64,000 nucleotides of DNA. It comes from Dictyostelium discoideum (lineage: Eukaryota). The DNA lies in contig CM000150.2 in NCBI GenBank assembly GCA_000004695.1, positions 128,001-192,000 of the forward strand, given 5' to 3'. Each line of letters begins with the position of its first letter. Position 1 is the stretch's first letter. The translations under genes and the position numbers were made by a program. Of this stretch, positions 9,520-20,322 are shown in pieces. The notes below the pieces were generated by a model. The model was not told where the DNA came from, made no database searches, and saw nothing but the letters and a program-made list of their open reading frames with translations.

Positions 9520-10281
9520 AATAACGCTCCATAATTCAACCGATTTAAATGCTAAAATATCAATATATTGCAATGGTCAAAGCATGGGGTTTTATAGGAG
9601 CCCTACTAGACTCTCTCGTTTAAACTTTATACACTACTTATTATTATTGATTTAAAAATGAGTGCAGGACTCATTAAGGCTTGCACAGGGAATTGAACCC
9701 CAATCCACGTTATCGTTGGTGGCTCTAGGCCGCTGTGAGCTACATACATTCTGTCAGAAAGGTAACCTACGTCCCTCCAACTTTAACGCACTCTATTGTT
9801 GAGCTATACAAGCATAACATAAATGACCCAGCCTCGCAGTATTTATTACATTCGCAGCGGCGATGCACGCCTAACCACACAGTTTATGAACCCACTAGAT
9901 TATCAGATCCCGACTGGAAGTTTTGTCACGAACTCTATTGTAGGGTAATTAATCCTACGGTCAAGCCGTCTACCAATTAGTTAAGTACCTAGTAAATGTT
10001 CAACGATTAAGACATCATCCTCTGGACTCAGTCCGTATCTGTTCTTTGCGTGTCTGGCTATTACTGGCTTATTTGTTTGCAGTGGGTCTTTGCTATCATC
10101 GCTGAGACTTGGATGATAAAAATACCAACCAAGTCTTGTTCACCGCTCCACGTATAAGGGGAAAATATTGTCTCCTCAAGACAGCCCGAAGGTAGTCGGT
10201 GGCTAACCACAGCCCAACTCACCTTTTGCTCAGGATTTACCCTAAAAGGCTATTAACTTTATAACCTCATCTTTGAGTGCG

Positions 10282-10849
10282 ATTAGCTTTCCTTTTAAAC
10301 CAGCAAGCTTTCTTGGGGAGCAACAATCTAGTTTTAAAAGTTTCTTATTTCCTTGATGACACTTTTCTTCTTTTCTTTGGGAACAAGAAGCTTCATTGAT
10401 TTTGAATCGATTTGTAATCCGAGAAATGTAATTGATTGAGTTGGTTCAAGAACAATCTTTTCTAGATTCAGCTTGAAACCTAGTTTGACAAGTAAGTCCA
10501 TTGTCTTTTTGAGGTTGGATAAACATTCTTCTTTTGTTGAACCGACGATTAATAGATCGTCCAAGTAAGCGATTACGGACACGTTGATATCTCTCAACAT
10601 TCGAAGTACATGTCTTAACAACATTGTAAAGATACGAGGAGCTGTCGATAACCCGAACGGCATTGTTTTCCAACGGTAGTGCGAACCTTTCCACACGAAG
10701 CGGAATAAGTCTCTGTATTGCGGATCTACTAAAACGTGGAGGTAGGCTTTCTTGATATCGAGTTTTACCATGTAATAACCTTGTTTGACCATTGACGGTA
10801 GATTCTTGATTCCTTCCATCTTGAATGATTGGTTGTTGATGTAAGTGTT
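10282..10849 (-). pseudogene. DIRS-1 RT-region fragment (element coords ~1912-2480), target of another nested DIRS insertion
   Basis: 161-aa ORF 10334..10819 is identical to the RT core; abuts a plus-oriented left ITR at 10850. Confidence 0.8.
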
Positions 10850-11762
10850 TATTTATATTATCATATATATATATATTATGAATAACATTTATTTATTTGA
10901 ATTTCCCAAATATTTAAGATAATTTTTTAGAATGTTCTAGAACATTTGAAGAATAAAAAATTTTCAAAAGAAAAGTAAAAATTTCGAACAGGCACAATGA
11001 CGAGATAATTGCGCAAGGTCGAAAAACATAAAAATACCGAACCGACACAATGCACAAATTTGTGAAGGGTCGAAAACACTTATTTTTTTGAGTTTTGCGA
11101 AATTTTTAAGAAAATAAAAACGTATAAATAGTAGCACTAAAAACTAAAACAATTTGATTTATTTTATTTGGGAATTCCTCCTATATATATTTAAGATATA
11201 CACACACACAAATTTTATACAAATAATTATTTCTCTTTATTAATTTTTAATATTATTATTTTTCTCATATTATAATTTTAGATATCAAAAATAAAATATG
11301 TCTACAACTGTTAATAATAATTATACCTCTAGTAGTAGTACCTCTGCCTCTAATAGCGCTGAATCCTTTGATTTAAGAATGAAATCAATGGAGGATCAAA
11401 TCAACAACCTTTCTTTAGACTTTACAAGATTCATGAAAGAACCTATGTTCTCATCTAATACCAATTCACGTAGCCAACCTTCTCATGATGATTCTGACAC
11501 TGAGAATGAACAAAGTGAAGATGAATCAAGTAACAATGTCGATGTTCCAACCGATTATAAATTATCCGATACCTTACTTGGTCAGTACAAACATATGGTA
11601 AACAATCAAGGTTTACTCGTCGAAGAAGAATGTATCCTCAAGAAAGATGAGATATCCGAATTGAATAAAGTATTCAACTTTCCATCCAACTTCCAAGTCA
11701 ACGTCGCTCCATTCGGTACACCTGAAGGTATTACTGTATCATCCAACGTCAAGAACAATGAT
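10850..11762 (+). mobile_element. DIRS-1 5' fragment: left ITR plus first 155 codons of ORF1, then truncated
   Basis: ITR 10850-11180, HSE at ~10930, ORF1 11298..11765 ends in stop where homology is lost. Confidence 0.8.
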
Positions 11763-11765
11763 TAA
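11298..11765 (+). pseudogene. DIRS-1 ORF1, 3'-truncated
   Basis: 155 aa identical in register to ORF1 N-terminus. Confidence 0.75.
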
Positions 11766-12419
11766 TGTAAAAAAATAAAAAAAAATAATAAAAAAAATGA
11801 AACCATAAAACATAAATAAAATGATATGTTTTATTTTTTAATTTAATTTTGTATAAATATTTGTGAATACAATGAGAAATAATATACCGGGTTACACTGA
11901 ATTATATAAATAATAACATAATCTTTCTGAAAAACTTATTAATTTTTTTTTTTTTTTTTTTTTATTTTTTTATTTTTTTTTTTTTTAGTAATTGTTGACT
12001 AAAACCTATAAATATTTTCATTTATGTAACTACTGTATTCTAAACTTAACTATAATTATATATTTGATATGTGTTTATTAATAATTTACCATTATAAATT
12101 GTAAAATAATTTTTAATTTTTTTTTTTTTTACCTTTTTTTTTATCTTTAATTTTTTTTTATCTTTTTTTTTTAACCTTTTTTTTTTATCTTTTTTTAACC
12201 TTTTTTTTATCTTTTTTTTTTTTTTTCTAAAATATTATTGCTACATTTGTTGTTAAAAAAAAATAGGAATTTTATTTTTTTTTTATATTTTTTTTCATCA
12301 CACATTCACAAACATGCTTTATTTTTTAAAAAAAAAATATTTAAATTAAAAAAACATGCTTTATTTTTTTTTACAAAAATAAATTTTTTTTTTTTTATTT
12401 TTTTTTTTAAACCTATAAA

Positions 12420-13121
12420 CACAGCAAAGAAAAATGCACCTTTAAAGCAAATTTAAAGTAAAGTTGATTTAAATTGGATTTAAATTGAATTTAAAGCCGC
12501 GTTTAAAAAATTCATTTTTAAGGTAATTTTTAAGGTAATTTTTAAGATATTTAAAAATGCCTTTAAAATTTGCTTAAAAATTTATTTTAAAGGTAATTTT
12601 AAAGGTGATTTTTAAGGTAATTTTTAAAATGATTTTTAAGATATTTAAAAATACCTTTAAAATTTATTTTAAATTAATTTTAAATAGGATTTAAAGTAGA
12701 TTTAAAGTAGATTTAAAGTGAATTTAAATTTCCTTAATATATAAATTTAAGGTTTTTAATAAAAAAGATCTAATTATAGATAAAAAAAATGGGGATAAAA
12801 TATTCTATCATTTTTAAATTTTCATCAAAGCAATCAAATGGTCGGGGGATCGAATCCCTTTTGGTAATTTTTGAAAAAATTAAAAAAAAAAAATTTAAAA
12901 AATTTATCCGTTAAATAACGGCTTCGAACTCAGGACCTCGCTTTTAAAGCGATTAAAAAGGTAATTTTAAAGGTAATTTTAAAGGTAATTTTAAAGGTGA
13001 TTTTAAAGTAACCTTAAAAATTACCTTTCAAATTACCTTTAAAATTGCTTTAATTCAGGACTTTAAAGCAAATTTAAATTTAATTTAAAGCGAATTTAAA
13101 GGTGGTTTTTTCTTTGCTGTG
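12420..13121. mobile_element. MITE-like non-coding TIR element (termini cacagcRaagaaaaa...ttttcttYgctgtg), DDT/thug-like Dictyostelium DNA-transposon derivative; family assignment uncertain
   Basis: ~28-bp imperfect terminal inverted repeats, subterminal ggtaattttaaagg repeats, internal T-arm-like motifs. Confidence 0.6.
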
Positions 13122-13473
13122 AAATATTTTGCTTTTTTTTTTTTTTTTTTTTTTTTATTATTTTTTTTTACCAACACATAACGACTCTTCCTTACTTATA
13201 ATATATAAGCAAATAACATTAAAAAAATTGTTAAATTATTTACATAACTTTTACGTAAAAACGAACGGATTTTTATTTTTATTTTTATTTTTTTTCAATT
13301 TTTTTTTTTTTTGTTTCGGTTATTATTTTTCAGACTTAAATTATTATTTATAAATTAAATATAAAAAATAATATTGCATCATCTGGAAATGGTAATTATT
13401 TAAATTGATATTATCCAACTTCGCTTATTTTAAATAAAAATGAAACTGCACTAAATCAAAACTGGTAAGGTAA

Positions 13474-14027
13474 GATGATTTTTAAGGTAATTTTTAAGAT
13501 AATTTTTAAGATATTTAAAAAATACCTTTAAAATTTATTTTAAATTAATTTTAAATAGGATTTAAAGTAGATTTAAAGTATATTTAAAGTGAATTTAAAT
13601 TTCCTTTAAGTATAAATTTAAGGTTTTTAATTAAAAAGATCCATTTTTAGATCAAAAAAATGGGGATAAAATATTCTACCATATTTAAATTTTCATCAAA
13701 GCAATCAAATGGTGTAATGGTTGATGAGACTATCCTTTGATAGAGGGTCGGGGGATCGAATCCCTTTTGGTAATTTTTGAGAAATTAAAAAAAAAAATTT
13801 TAAAAAATTTATCCGTTAAATAACGGCTTCGAACCCAGGACCTCGCTTTTAAAGCGATTAAAAAGGTAATTTTAAAGGTAATTTTAAAGGTAATTTTTAA
13901 GGTGATTTTAAAGTAACCTTAAAAATTACCTTTAAAATTACCTTAAAAATTGCTTTAATTCAGGACTTTAAATTCGCTTTAAATTAAATTTAAATTTGCT
14001 TTAAAGGTGGTTTTTTCTTCGCTGTGT
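13474..14027. mobile_element. MITE-like TIR element, 5'-truncated copy
   Basis: Matches internal and right-terminal parts of 12420-13121; ends ...ggtggttttttcttcgctgtg. Confidence 0.55.
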
Positions 14028-14735
14028 TAATGCCGATTTTTTTCATTTTTTGTTTTGTTTCTAATTTTATTTTGAGGATTTGAAAAATCTTGTTTATTTG
14101 GTTTTGAATTGTGAAAGTCAATAATATCTTTTTGATTTCTAAAATTTCCTTCTTTTAATAAATAATCGACACCTCTTGGTTTATCACATGTATGACATGA
14201 GAAATCATTGCAATTATAATGGTTAATCCTACAAGATGATCTAAATTCTGTTATATGCATTGTTAATCCATATGGTATAATTTCATAATCATTTTCATTA
14301 TTATCTTTAATTTTTAATTTATTATTAAATTGCGCTGAAAATAATTTTTTAATTGTTTGATGTATATTGTGAAACCATTCTTTTGGAACAATAAAAAAAA
14401 CAATTTTATTATTTTTAAAAAATGGACCAACATAATTTTCAAAATCTACCAATAATGTATAATCTGATCTACCTTGATGACTCATTCCTTCACTAAATAT
14501 TCTTAATAAAATAAATTTATATAAAATTGAATTTTTTATTTTATTAAACTGTTCTCCAGATTTATAATTTTTATAAATACCTTGCTCATAGTCTTTTGAG
14601 AAATCTAAATATTCTAAAAAATTTTTTTTTTCAATTAATAATTTAACAACTGAATAAATTTCAAAATAAAAAATTGACTCTTCATTTGTAACTCAAAAAG
14701 TGACCATCGATAGGTAAATTTGCTAAAAATATAGA
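14027..14735 (-). pseudogene. Fragment of a divergent paralogue of the 30505..33024 transposase (covers ~aa 255-485), truncated where the MITE terminus at 14027 begins
   Basis: ...SIFYFEI...LLRIFSEGM...GLTMHITEFRSSCRINHYNCNDFSCHTCDKPRG aligns to the full-length protein; stop codon directly abuts cacagcg. Confidence 0.55.
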
Positions 14736-14743
14736 ATCCATAC

Positions 14744-14783
14744 ACAGCGAAGAAAAAACCACCTTAAAAGCAAATTTAATCTA
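14744..14783. repeat. Solo TIR of the MITE-like family
   Basis: cacagcgaagaaaaaaccaccttaaaagcaaattt, no matching partner nearby. Confidence 0.5.
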
Positions 14784-15410
14784 AAAAAAAAACAAAAAAA
14801 GTATTATTTTAGATTTCTTCAACTTCATCAATAATATCAATGCTTTCAAAACCAATCACCAGTTCTTTTAAAATAAATTGATACTACAATTAAATAATAG
14901 CTGGTAAGTTAATATAATTTTTTTTTAAAAAAAAAAAAAATTAAAAAAAAAAAAAAAATAAATAATAATAATAAAATAAAATAGATAGACTAATTTGAAA
15001 AATAATAATTATATTTTAGGTTACCTTTCTTATTATACCAACAACCACTTCTTTTCAATCAAATTGATACTTCACTTATATAATAACTGGTAAGTCAATA
15101 TAATTTTTTTTTTTTAAAAAAAAAATAATAATATAAAATAAAGAGATTAATATAATTTAAACAATTATATTTTAGGTTGTTTCTTCTTTTATTAGAACCT
15201 GTAAAGTAAATGCTTTTGGTACAAATTATAATGGAAATAAAGTTCTGCTTTTCAAATTAGTCAATTATAAATGTTGTATTACCATTAAATAAAAAAAATT
15301 TCTGATTTCAAATACTTTTACTTTTTAATTAATTCTTTTTTTTTTTTTTTTTTTTTTAAATTTATTTTAAATTATTATTATAAAATGTTATTTTTAATTT
15401 TTATTTTTAA

Positions 15411-15715
15411 GTATTCTTATTAAGTGAACTTTATAATTACCCTTAATAATTACCCTTATTAATTATAATTAATAATTCCACTTAATAGTTATACTTAATA
15501 ATTATACTTAATAATTTTAATTATTAATTATATTTTATTATTATACTTAATAATTATGCTTAATAAATATACTTTTTAATTATACTTAATAAATATACTT
15601 AATAAATATACTTTTTAATTATACTTATTAATTATACTTAATAAATATACTTAATAATTATACTTAATAATTATACTTAATAAATATACTTATTAAGTAT
15701 ACTTAATAATAGTAC
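15411..15715. repeat. AT-rich tandem satellite (unit ~ATACTTAATAAATATAC / TTATACTTAATAA)
   Basis: ~18 imperfect tandem units visible by eye. Confidence 0.6.
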
Positions 15716-15719
15716 TATT

Positions 15720-16989
15720 TACGTTCCTACTTTAAAGATGCTTTTAAGTATTTTTTTTCGCCCCTGTGGAGATTAACACCCTCATTTAGGGGATGTCTTG
15801 ACCAGAACACAGGTTATCCCCTTATTTTTTCTTTTAATTCAATGGAGGAATGTCATGCCATGTAAACCTTTTGATTTTGGTAACAGGACAAAACGCACTG
15901 CAGCGGTCGATAAAGCCAAGCGAGTTGCTAATCCAATTCGTCGTACTCAGTTACTGAAGAAGATTCGTTAATGACTGATCGGAAAGTCAGCATCGCTAGA
16001 ATGGTAGATTGTCGTTGAGATGCAGGGCGTAAAGCCCAGCTATTGGCAAAGATGTAAGCGGCTTAAGAGCCCCTAATTAGTATCCGCGGTCACGGCCGCA
16101 CATCCTAGCCTATGGGCTCACACCAATGCGTAATATGGTAGCAAAAATCATGTCAGATGAAGACATCCCAGATCATGATACCCGTACATGGTATTGTCTC
16201 CAGTATCCAATAACCTCAATCTGCCATCAAACCAAATTATAATATTTAAAAAAAAAAATTTGAATCTCAAAAATCATTTTCTAGATCTGAAAAAACCCAC
16301 TTAAATTATTATTAAATTACTATTTTTTTTAATAATTTAGTAAATAGATATTTTAAGTCATAAATTAAGCGATAAAATCTATTTTTTTGGTTAACCAGCA
16401 TAGTCTAGGTGTTTATCTATTTAATATGTTTTTTGTGGATAATAAAGCATATTTCAATCACTAATGATATTTATTAAATTTATTAAATTTGTTTATTTTT
16501 TTTTTCCGTGATGGAAAATGGTAAGACCATTAGTTCGTTCTGCATTGCCCATTACATCACCACTTCTTACATGTCAGCGTCTGGTGAAGTTACGCTGGGT
16601 GATGCAGCCGATAAAGAGACACAGTTCGCTATTAACTCGACTGGATCGATTAATATGTAAGCGCCACGTTTTGTTCTGAAGGGTATTCGGGATGAGAGAA
16701 CACCTGTTTTTGAATGCTCATGAATTATCCAGCATAGTATGTGGAATTCTATAGACCCTATTACCAGAAATACGACCACGGAAGATCTTGGTTCGCAACG
16801 CGTTTGCTGAAGTGGTTCACACACAACTATCCAACAGCGGTGATTGATGTGGTTAAGTCCGTGGCCCTGGTTCTTGTTAAACATCGCGATTTGATTGGTA
16901 ACCCATCATTCATTGACACAGAGTGGTTTTTGGATGGTGAGTGTTTGCGTCATCTTAATAACGCACTGGTCATGGAAAACGAACCGGTT
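15720..16989. other. GC-normal island B, prokaryote-like
   Basis: Ends exactly at DIRS left-ITR terminus 16990; contains SD-preceded small ORF. Confidence 0.55.
15856..15972 (+). CDS. Small basic ORF (MPCKPFDFGNRTKRTAAVDKAKRVANPIRRTQLLKKIR)
   Basis: GGAGG 6 nt upstream of ATG (caatGGAGGaatgtcATG). Confidence 0.3.
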
Positions 16990-17025
16990 TATTTATATTA
17001 TCATATATATATATATATATTATGA
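16741..17025 (+). CDS. Hypothetical ORF in island B, runs into the DIRS ITR, probably truncated
   Basis: GC-normal codon usage; no recognisable motif. Confidence 0.2.
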   Translation: MEFYRPYYQKYDHGRSWFATRLLKWFTHNYPTAVIDVVKSVALVLVKHRDLIGNPSFIDTEWFLDGECLRHLNNALVMENEPVYLYYHIYIYIL

Positions 17026-17079
17026 ATAACATTTATTTATTTGAATTTCCCAAATATTTAAGATAATTTTTTAGAATGT

Positions 17080-17101
17080 TCTAGAACATTCGAAGAATAA
17101 A
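17080..17101. promoter_or_regulatory. Perfect 4-unit heat-shock element in DIRS ITR (GAAtgTTCtaGAAcaTTCgaag)
   Basis: Alternating GAA/TTC at 5-bp spacing. Confidence 0.55.
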
Positions 17102-17443
17102 AAAAATTTTCCAAAGAAAAGTAAAAATTTCGACCCGGCACAATGATGCGATAATTGTGCAAGGTCGAAAAACTGAAAAATTCGGAACCGACACTATGTA
17201 CAAAGTTGTGAAGGGTCGAAAACTCTTATTTTTTTGAGTTTTGCGAAATTTTTAAGAAAATAAAAACGTATAAATAGTGGCACTAAAAACTAAAACAATT
17301 TGATTTATTTTATTTGGGAATTCCTCCTATATATATTTAAGATACACACACACACAAATTTTATACAAATATTTATTTCTCTTTATTAATTTTTTATATT
17401 ATTATTTTTCTCATATTATAATTTTAGATATCAACAATAAAAT

Positions 17444-19357
17444 ATGTCTACCACTGTTAATAATAATGATGCCTCTAGTAGTAGTGCCTCTGCCTCTAAT
17501 AGCGCTGAATCCTTTGATTTAAGAATAAAATCAATGGAGGATCAAATCAACAACCTTTCTTTAGCCTTTACAAGATTCATGAAAGAACCTATTTTCTCAT
17601 CTAATTCCAATTCACGTAGCCAACCTTCTCATGATAACTCTGACACCGAGAATGAACAAAGTGAAGATGAATCAAGTAACAATGTCGATGTTCCAACCGA
17701 TTATCAATTATCCGATACCTTACTTGGTCAGTACAAACATATGGTAAACAATCAAGGTTTACTCGTCGAAGGAATCAAGAATCTACCATCAATGGTCAAA
17801 CAAGGTTATTACATGGTAAAACTCGATATCAAGAAAGCCTACCTCCACGTTTTAGTAGATCCGCAATACAGAGACTTATTCCGCTTCGTGTGGAAAGGTT
17901 CGCACTACCGTTGGAAAACAATGCCGTTCGGGTTATCGACAGCTCATCGTATCTTTACAATGTTGTTAAGACCTGTACTTCGAATGTTGAGAGATATCAA
18001 CGTATCCGTCATCGCTTACTTGGACGATCTATTAATCGTCGGTTCAACAAAAGAAGAATGTTTATCCAACCTCAAAAAGACGATGGACTTACTTATCAAA
18101 CTAGGTTTCAAGTTAAATCTAGAAAAGAGTGTTCTCGAACCAACTCAATCAATTACGTTTCTCGGATTACAAATCGATTCAAAATCAATGAAGCTTCTTG
18201 TTCCCAAAGAAAAGAAGAAAAGTGTCATCAAGGAAATAAGAAACTTTTTAAAACTAGATTGTTGCTCCCCAAGAAAGCTTGCTGGTTTAAAAGGAAAGCT
18301 AATTGCACTGAAAGATGCAGTTATCCCATTCAGACTTTACACTCGTCGAACAAACAAGTTTCACTCTCAGTGTCTGACTCTAGCCAATGGAGATTGGGAT
18401 CAATCATTCCACATTCCTCAAGATGTCAAGTCAGAGATTTCACATTGGTTAACAGTTCTAAACCAATGGAATGGAAAAGAAATCAGTCTGTTTCCAAGTT
18501 ACGACTATGTTCTTACAACCGATGCCTCGGAATCAGGTGCAGGTGCCACACTCAAGAAAGGAAGCAAAGTAATCAAAACTTGGTCATTCCAGTGGTCAAT
18601 AACTCAATCAAACATGTCGTCAAATCGTCGAGAAATGCTCGCGCTGCTGATGGCCTATCAAGCGCTATGTCAGAAACTGAACAACTGCAAGCTGAAGATT
18701 CAAACCGACAACACTACCACTCTCTCTTACATCAATCGCCAGGGTGGTCAGATACAGGATCTCTCAGTTCTGTTCGAACAACTTTGGAAACAATGCCTCA
18801 AGAAGAAAGTGAACTTGATTGGAGAGCATATTCCAGGATTCTTCAATGTAAAAGCCGACCACCTCAGTCGTCTTTCAGAGATGAATCACAAATCATCGTC
18901 CAGAGTAATCAAGAGTTACAACTGGCAACTGAAGAAGGAAGTGTTCAATCGCATCCAACTTCAATTCGGTCAAATACAGATGGATCTGTTCGCATCTCAC
19001 TTCAACCATCAAACGAACAACTACTCAACAATCAGAATGAATGCACTCCACCTCGATTGGAGTCAATGGAAGCAATGTCTGGCCTTTCCACCACCCATTC
19101 TTTTGCCTTCTATCCTGGAGAAGATGAACTCATCCAGTTCGAAGAAGGTTTCTATAATACTGATCTTCCCAATCTGGAGATCAGCAACTTGGTATCCGAT
19201 GATTCAAGCTCAAGTTCCTCGTCATCATCGTCACATGTTTCCTCAAGTACTGGGAACATTCCAAGAAGTATTGACCAAACAATCAGTAGAGTCGATACCA
19301 ATCCAGATTCAACAACGTTGGAAGCTGGGGATTATTCAACTTTCCAATCTCATGTAA
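17444..19357 (+). CDS. DIRS-1 ORF1(N-terminal 108 aa)-RT/RNase H fusion ORF created by the deletion
   Basis: ...NNQGLLVE|GIKNLPSMVKQGYYM...; 637 aa open. Confidence 0.8.
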   Translation: MSTTVNNNDASSSSASASNSAESFDLRIKSMEDQINNLSLAFTRFMKEPIFSSNSNSRSQPSHDNSDTENEQSEDESSNNVDVPTDYQLSDTLLGQYKHMVNNQGLLVEGIKNLPSMVKQGYYMVKLDIKKAYLHVLVDPQYRDLFRFVWKGSHYRWKTMPFGLSTAHRIFTMLLRPVLRMLRDINVSVIAYLDDLLIVGSTKEECLSNLKKTMDLLIKLGFKLNLEKSVLEPTQSITFLGLQIDSKSMKLLVPKEKKKSVIKEIRNFLKLDCCSPRKLAGLKGKLIALKDAVIPFRLYTRRTNKFHSQCLTLANGDWDQSFHIPQDVKSEISHWLTVLNQWNGKEISLFPSYDYVLTTDASESGAGATLKKGSKVIKTWSFQWSITQSNMSSNRREMLALLMAYQALCQKLNNCKLKIQTDNTTTLSYINRQGGQIQDLSVLFEQLWKQCLKKKVNLIGEHIPGFFNVKADHLSRLSEMNHKSSSRVIKSYNWQLKKEVFNRIQLQFGQIQMDLFASHFNHQTNNYSTIRMNALHLDWSQWKQCLAFPPPILLPSILEKMNSSSSKKVSIILIFPIWRSATWYPMIQAQVPRHHRHMFPQVLGTFQEVLTKQSVESIPIQIQQRWKLGIIQLSNLM

Positions 19358-20322
19358 TGTCCTTCGCTCGTACTACAAATACAAAAACAGCTGAGCTGTT
19401 AATGAAGTCATGGGAACCTTCAACTCTCAAAGTATATAGCTCCAGTTATACAAGATTCCGCAATTTCTGTACGTTGAACTCTTTGAATCCAGCAAACATA
19501 ACCTTAGTTGTTTTCATGGATTATCTTACACATCTGTTCAAGCACAAACCTCCGTTAGCCTTCTCAACAATTAACGGTCATCGCTCTATGTTGAATCAGT
19601 TGTTACTCCTTAGGAATCAAACTGATATTGTTAATGATCCATTCATCACAAGAATTATGACTGGTATTCACAAGTTGCGTCCTTCATCTGCAAAGTATAA
19701 AGAGATATGGGATGCAAATCAAGTATTCAAGCACTTATCTACTGTCAAAGTCATCCCTAAGTACACATACACTGCGCTATTAAACAAGACACTTGTACTC
19801 TGTAAAATGTTTGGTTTAGCAAGATCATCAGACTTGGTGAAGTGGTCGTTCAAAGGTCTCATTATTACTACTGACTCAATCAAAGGTCCAGTCATTAATG
19901 CTAAAGAACAAAGAAGTGGTGTTGTTTCAATATTAGAATTAACTTCGTTAGATGATACAAACTCTCAAGTGTGCCCTGTTCGCCACCTTGCAACATACCT
20001 TAGAGCCTCTAAAGGAAGAAGAAAGCCCCATTCGGGTGACCCTGTCTTTATTAAGAATGAGGGTGAACCGCTCCAAGTTAATGATATTAACTCAATTGTA
20101 CTATCAACGCTCTCAAAGTCAGGCATTGATATTGTCAAGTTCAAATCTCACTCTACCCGTTCCGCTATGGCTTCTCTGCTGTTGTCCAATAACGTTCCGT
20201 TCCACGTTGTCAAGAAGATGGGTCGTTGGAAATCAAACGATACTGTAGATTCCTTCTACGATAAAAGAATCATTGGTGAAAAATCTGGTGGTTTCTTAAA
20301 TACTGTCGTCCAAATTTCATAA
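17890..20322 (+). CDS. DIRS-1 ORF2 (tyrosine recombinase C-terminal domain intact)
   Basis: HSTRSAMAS and GRWKSNDTVDSFY motifs present. Confidence 0.75.
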   Translation: MERFALPLENNAVRVIDSSSYLYNVVKTCTSNVERYQRIRHRLLGRSINRRFNKRRMFIQPQKDDGLTYQTRFQVKSRKECSRTNSINYVSRITNRFKINEASCSQRKEEKCHQGNKKLFKTRLLLPKKACWFKRKANCTERCSYPIQTLHSSNKQVSLSVSDSSQWRLGSIIPHSSRCQVRDFTLVNSSKPMEWKRNQSVSKLRLCSYNRCLGIRCRCHTQERKQSNQNLVIPVVNNSIKHVVKSSRNARAADGLSSAMSETEQLQAEDSNRQHYHSLLHQSPGWSDTGSLSSVRTTLETMPQEESELDWRAYSRILQCKSRPPQSSFRDESQIIVQSNQELQLATEEGSVQSHPTSIRSNTDGSVRISLQPSNEQLLNNQNECTPPRLESMEAMSGLSTTHSFAFYPGEDELIQFEEGFYNTDLPNLEISNLVSDDSSSSSSSSSSHVSSSTGNIPRSIDQTISRVDTNPDSTTLEAGDYSTFQSHVMSFARTTNTKTAELLMKSWEPSTLKVYSSSYTRFRNFCTLNSLNPANITLVVFMDYLTHLFKHKPPLAFSTINGHRSMLNQLLLLRNQTDIVNDPFITRIMTGIHKLRPSSAKYKEIWDANQVFKHLSTVKVIPKYTYTALLNKTLVLCKMFGLARSSDLVKWSFKGLIITTDSIKGPVINAKEQRSGVVSILELTSLDDTNSQVCPVRHLATYLRASKGRRKPHSGDPVFIKNEGEPLQVNDINSIVLSTLSKSGIDIVKFKSHSTRSAMASLLLSNNVPFHVVKKMGRWKSNDTVDSFYDKRIIGEKSGGFLNTVVQIS

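Larger units (their letters stand above)
8753..10281. other. GC-normal island A (~45% GC), prokaryote/phage-like, not Dictyostelium-like in composition or codon usage
   Basis: Abrupt composition change exactly at ITR terminus; GCG/CCG/GGC-rich codons; SD motif before ORF. Confidence 0.6.

Noticed and set aside
8753-10281. Islands as rRNA or mitochondrial DNA
   Set aside because: No rRNA conserved blocks recognisable; Dictyostelium mtDNA is also AT-rich (~27% GC), unlike these ~45% GC segments
12780-12960. tRNA gene inside the MITE-like units (GGTCGGGGGATCGAATCCC; GCGAGGTCCTGAGTTCGAAGCC)
   Set aside because: T-arm-like strings only; no pairing acceptor stem, no anticodon arm of proper geometry; present in every MITE copy, so treated as part of the repeat
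12238-13353. ORFs 12238..12456 and 13129..13353 (poly-Phe/Lys proteins)
   Set aside because: Translation of A/T homopolymer-rich intergenic DNA; no coding periodicity
16567-16884. ORF 16567..16884 (-) in island B
   Set aside because: Overlaps plus-strand ORF 16741..17025 and has no start context; cannot decide between them, neither strongly supported
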